Below are positions 60,292-64,000 of a DNA stretch of 64,000 bases, piece by piece (the stretch's first letter is position 1; each line of letters begins with the position of its first letter). The position numbers and the translations under genes were made by a program. The notes beneath the pieces are model-generated. The model was not told the origin of the DNA. It saw nothing but the letters and a program-made list of their open reading frames with translations, and did not search any database. This DNA comes from an uncultured Chlamydiae bacterium (GTDB lineage Bacteria; Chlamydiota; Chlamydiia; Chlamydiales; Parachlamydiaceae): NCBI GenBank assembly GCA_963754655.1, contig CAVWGN010000001.1, positions 2,496,001 through 2,560,000 of the forward strand, in the 5' to 3' direction.

Positions 60292-62751
60292 TTAAGTTTC
60301 CTGCCTTGGATTTCGGATTTCACGCTCTTGATTGCCCAGACCTTGCTGTTGGCTGCCAGCCCCTGATTCTTGGCGCCTCACTTCAAACTTTTGGCTCTTA
60401 ACTCCCCACTCTCGGCTTTGTGTTTCTGTTTCACGGCTGATTTTCACTTGCATTCCATTCATTAGACCAGTTCCTAATTCATGAACGGGAATCTCGTGCT
60501 CAAACCCAAGAGGCAAAACAATTGTCCCTTCGGCTACCCGCTTATCAAATCTCACTTTTGCTACGATGGAATTGCCATTAGCACTGACACGCACTGTATC
60601 GCCATCCTTTAACCCTTGCTTCAATCCTTCTTGATCTTGCAATCTTAACATCGGTTCTTTTGCCAGCCAAATAAGGTGAGGATCATGCTTCATGCGCACT
60701 CCATGATCAAAAAGAGTACGGGTAAAAGTTGCTGCAAGCGCTCCCTGATTTAAGGGAGCCGGCTGATGAGATTGCACATGAGGTTCCAACGTTTGCGGCC
60801 TCGTTAAAGGGAAGCGCTTAAGGTTAAGCTTGTCGGCAAAATCGGCATCGAGCTCCAAATTGAAATTCAATTTTTTAGCCAGTTCCATAAAAATTTCAGC
60901 ATCACCATAAATGTTTTCAGGCACCTCTTTTCCAGGAAGCAGCGCCTGCACGCGCCCTTCAATGTTGATAAAACTTCCCCCTTTTTCAATAAAAGTCAAT
61001 GTCGGAAGAATGACGTCAGCCTGTTGTGCCGTTTCTGTTAAAAAGAGATCTTGAACGACCAAAAATCCTAACTTGGAACGAGCGCCTTGCCAAAGTTTTG
61101 TAGGGAATTGCAAGGCTGGATTTGCACCCGCAACATAAAGAAAATCCCAGCCTTCAGAGGCTGCGCTCTCTAAAACCTGTTGAGCATTCATGCCAGGCTT
61201 CTCTATGGTTTTGCCAAAAGGTCCACATTCTGGCCGCATCCCAGCCAAGCGAGCTCCCATGCTATTGCCTCTTCCTTCCATAATGTTCAGCGTAAGATTA
61301 GGCATTGCTTGGCGCAATTTCAATAATTCAGATAAAATTGCACGACGTTGCGGACTCACTAAGTACTGCCTGCCAACGAAAAGAGCGCCTTTTTTTCCCT
61401 GTTTTGCTAAATCGTTTATCTTAGATAACTGCTGTTTAAATATTTCAAGTTCCCGACCAGGCGGATGAAGGATGGTTTCTGTTAAATAAGGGGCAATTTC
61501 AGGAGCAAAATGTCCCATAAAAATGACTTGAGCTCCTTTATTAATGGCTTGCCGCAAACGCAGCCAGATCACAGGAAATTGCTCAGTTAGGTCCAATCCC
61601 AGAAGAACAGCAAACGACAAATCTTCGCATTCACCAATGGTCATTTCCATCCCCGGCCCTATGCCCTCTTCTTCTAGGCTTGTAAGAGGCATTCCAATGC
61701 GATGATCCACATGATTGACACCCGCTCCTTCACGCATGAACTTTTGAAACAAGTAATTCTCTTCAAACGTCAGAGGATTGCCGCCGAATGCAGCTAACTT
61801 GCCATTGGGCTTAGCTGCTTGGATGTTAGAAGCTATTAACGACAAAGCTTCTTCCCAATTGGCTGACTCCAATTGACCGTTGCGACGAATCAGCGGCTGT
61901 GTCAGACGATCGGGATGATAGGTAAACTCGTAACCAAACCAACCTTTATCACATAGCCAAATGTCATTCACATCGCGATTTTCACGCGACCGTGTCCGCA
62001 TGATCTGACCATCGCGCGAATCAAGAATTAGGCTGCATCCAACAGGACATAAGGGACACGTGCTATTAGTAGAATCATTATCCCAAGGCCGCGCACGAAA
62101 ACGATAAACCTGACTTGTCAAGGCACCGACTGGACAAATCATAATGGTATTGCCTATAAATTTGGATTCAGCAGGTCCTCCATCTGGAGTTCCGATTTCT
62201 GTTCTATAGCCTCGTTCCAGAAATTCAAGCGCATGATCGCCCGCTAGAAGATCACCAAAGCGAGTACAGCGAGCACATACGATGCAGCGTTCGCGATCCA
62301 GCATCAGAACAGGCCCTAATGGCAGAGGTTTTTTAAATTTTCTTTTTTCTTCAAAAAAGCGGCTCATTCCAGGCCCATATTTCAAAGTATTTTCCTGAAG
62401 TGGACACTCCCCTCCGCGATCGCAAATAGGGCAATCGAGCGGATGATTGAGAAGCAAGAATTCAATAATTTCTTTGCGACCCTCTTCTGCCATTTGACTT
62501 TGGGTTTTGACAACCATTCCTTCTTTCGCTTCCAATGTGCAAGATGTTTGCGGCTTCGACATTTTTTCCACTTCCACTAAACACACACGGCAAGCGCCAA
62601 AAGGAGGCAAGCGATCAAGATAACAAAAAATCGGAATTTCAATTCCAATTTGCAGGCATGCCTGATAGACAGTTGTCCCTTGAGGAACAGTGATTCTTTT
62701 GCCATCAATTGTCAAATTAATCATCATTGGGTTTGTTGTTGGCTCACTCAT
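60292..62751 (-). CDS. nuoG: NADH-quinone oxidoreductase subunit G (with a low-complexity C-terminal extension)
   Basis: CRVCLVE, HPLDCPICDRGGECPLQ, CIVCARCTRF, CPLCPVGC. Confidence 0.96.
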   Translation of the reverse strand: MSEPTTNPMMINLTIDGKRITVPQGTTVYQACLQIGIEIPIFCYLDRLPPFGACRVCLVEVEKMSKPQTSCTLEAKEGMVVKTQSQMAEEGRKEIIEFLLLNHPLDCPICDRGGECPLQENTLKYGPGMSRFFEEKRKFKKPLPLGPVLMLDRERCIVCARCTRFGDLLAGDHALEFLERGYRTEIGTPDGGPAESKFIGNTIMICPVGALTSQVYRFRARPWDNDSTNSTCPLCPVGCSLILDSRDGQIMRTRSRENRDVNDIWLCDKGWFGYEFTYHPDRLTQPLIRRNGQLESANWEEALSLIASNIQAAKPNGKLAAFGGNPLTFEENYLFQKFMREGAGVNHVDHRIGMPLTSLEEEGIGPGMEMTIGECEDLSFAVLLGLDLTEQFPVIWLRLRQAINKGAQVIFMGHFAPEIAPYLTETILHPPGRELEIFKQQLSKINDLAKQGKKGALFVGRQYLVSPQRRAILSELLKLRQAMPNLTLNIMEGRGNSMGARLAGMRPECGPFGKTIEKPGMNAQQVLESAASEGWDFLYVAGANPALQFPTKLWQGARSKLGFLVVQDLFLTETAQQADVILPTLTFIEKGGSFINIEGRVQALLPGKEVPENIYGDAEIFMELAKKLNFNLELDADFADKLNLKRFPLTRPQTLEPHVQSHQPAPLNQGALAATFTRTLFDHGVRMKHDPHLIWLAKEPMLRLQDQEGLKQGLKDGDTVRVSANGNSIVAKVRFDKRVAEGTIVLPLGFEHEIPVHELGTGLMNGMQVKISRETETQSREWGVKSQKFEVRRQESGAGSQQQGLGNQEREIRNPRQET

Positions 62752-62754
62752 TAT

Positions 62755-64000
62755 TTAACTTCTTATCCCTAATTTCTTTTTTTCTCCTTCAGGTCCTCGT
62801 GTGTGGACCGCCGTCTCTTCCCCTACTCCCCCTTCCACGGCAAAAGGATAGACCTTTAAATAGGGATAGGAGACTTTCATGGACGGATGTCCTTTGGCAT
62901 TGGGATTGCGGCGAATGTAATCTTCAAATTCATTTCTAAATTCGACAATCGCGCTCACAATGGGTGGAGCTGCTCCAACGGCTAAAGCACAAAAAGAGGT
63001 TGCCGCCATGCTATTGCACACCTGTTCAATCACCGACAAATCACCCAATGTTCCACCACCCGTTTCAATTCTTGCTAAAATCTGAACAATCCAACGCGTT
63101 CCTTCGCGACAAGGCGTACATTTCCCACATGATTCATTTTGATAGAACTGCATCAAGCGATGGACAACTTTGACCATGTCGGCTGTCTCATCCATGACGA
63201 TAATGGAAGCTGTTCCCAATGCTGATCCGCGGGCTGCCAATTCTTCAAAATCCATGGAAATATCCAAATCGCGCGCAGTCAAAAGTGAACACGAGGAACC
63301 CCCTGGATAACAAGCCTTAAATTTCCGCCCAGGAAGCATCCCACCCGCTGCATCTAAGACTTCGCGAAGAGGAATGCCTAGCGGAAATTCATAGCAGCCA
63401 GGATGCTGGACCTGTCCACTGATTTGAAAAATTTTCGTTCCAGTATTCTTGGGCTTTCCAATTTTTTGGTACCATTCCACTCCCCGATTCACAATGTGTA
63501 CGACATTGCATAAAGTCTCAACATTATTGACGACAGTCGGTTTGCTATAAAGGCCTGCTACAGCGGGAAAAGGAGGCTTCAATCGTGGCGTGGCGCGCAA
63601 GCCTTCTAAGGAATTAAGTAACGCTGTTTCTTCGCCAGCGATATAGGCACCTGCTCCAGGGTGGACAATGATTTCTAAAGAAAAATTGGATCCTAAAATA
63701 TTTTCTCCGAGATAACCTTTTTCCTTCGCCTCTCTGACCGCTGTGCGCAATTTGGCAATGCCTTCAAAGAATTCTCCACGACAATAGATGACGGCAAAAT
63801 GGGCGTTAATGGCATAGCTTGCCAGAATCATTCCTTCAATCAGCTGATGAGGATCGTGCTCGATTAGCATTCGATCTTTAAATGTTCCAGGCTCGCTTTC
63901 ATCACAGTTGCAAACCAAATACTTAGGAAGCGAGGAATCTTTGGGAATAAAGCCCCACTTCGCGCCAGTTGAAAATCCAGCTCCTCCCCGACCTCGCAAA
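62755..64000 (-). CDS. nuoF: NADH-quinone oxidoreductase subunit F (5' end outside the window)
   Basis: RGRGGAGF, DESEPGTFKDR, GAYIAGEETAL, ESCGKCTPCREG. Confidence 0.96.
   Translation of the reverse strand, partial: LRGRGGAGFSTGAKWGFIPKDSSLPKYLVCNCDESEPGTFKDRMLIEHDPHQLIEGMILASYAINAHFAVIYCRGEFFEGIAKLRTAVREAKEKGYLGENILGSNFSLEIIVHPGAGAYIAGEETALLNSLEGLRATPRLKPPFPAVAGLYSKPTVVNNVETLCNVVHIVNRGVEWYQKIGKPKNTGTKIFQISGQVQHPGCYEFPLGIPLREVLDAAGGMLPGRKFKACYPGGSSCSLLTARDLDISMDFEELAARGSALGTASIIVMDETADMVKVVHRLMQFYQNESCGKCTPCREGTRWIVQILARIETGGGTLGDLSVIEQVCNSMAATSFCALAVGAAPPIVSAIVEFRNEFEDYIRRNPNAKGHPSMKVSYPYLKVYPFAVEGGVGEETAVHTRGPEGEKKKLGIRS

Overview
Chromosomal window of an AT-rich Chlamydiae member, most likely an environmental Parachlamydiales/Protochlamydia-like organism (inferred from the chlamydial pepF-groES-groEL synteny, a GroEL ending AGMEY, cyo plus nuo operons and expanded F-box/LRR families). 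Housekeeping blocks are rpiA, DUF151, HPr, pepF, CIRCE-controlled groESL, tRNA-Asn, cyoABCDE, DedA, a DevBCA/TolC-type ABC exporter and nuoF-N. Two highly plastic regions lie between them. (1) 13.8-34.4 kb is a three-unit tandem amplification with identical microhomology junctions. It carries six membrane-anchored F-box-like LRR genes plus a fragment, whose 60-bp repeats have hypervariable positions and are shuffled between paralogs. (2) 41.4-52.3 kb is a direct duplication of a second TM/F-box/LRR family. Both regions are interleaved with an IS200-like HUH (Y1/RAYT-type) transposase (two intact copies, several remnants) that sits inside inverted three-hairpin REP-like arms. They also contain nested giant palindromes (REPIN cores wrapped in MITE-like ends), IS256, IS481 and a HigBA module. 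An IS5 element and a toxin gene broken by a 605-bp palindrome lie next to tRNA-Asn. The best candidate for an undescribed system is the pairing of RAYT/REPIN-palindrome machinery with the diversifying F-box-LRR effector arrays. That causal link is inference.
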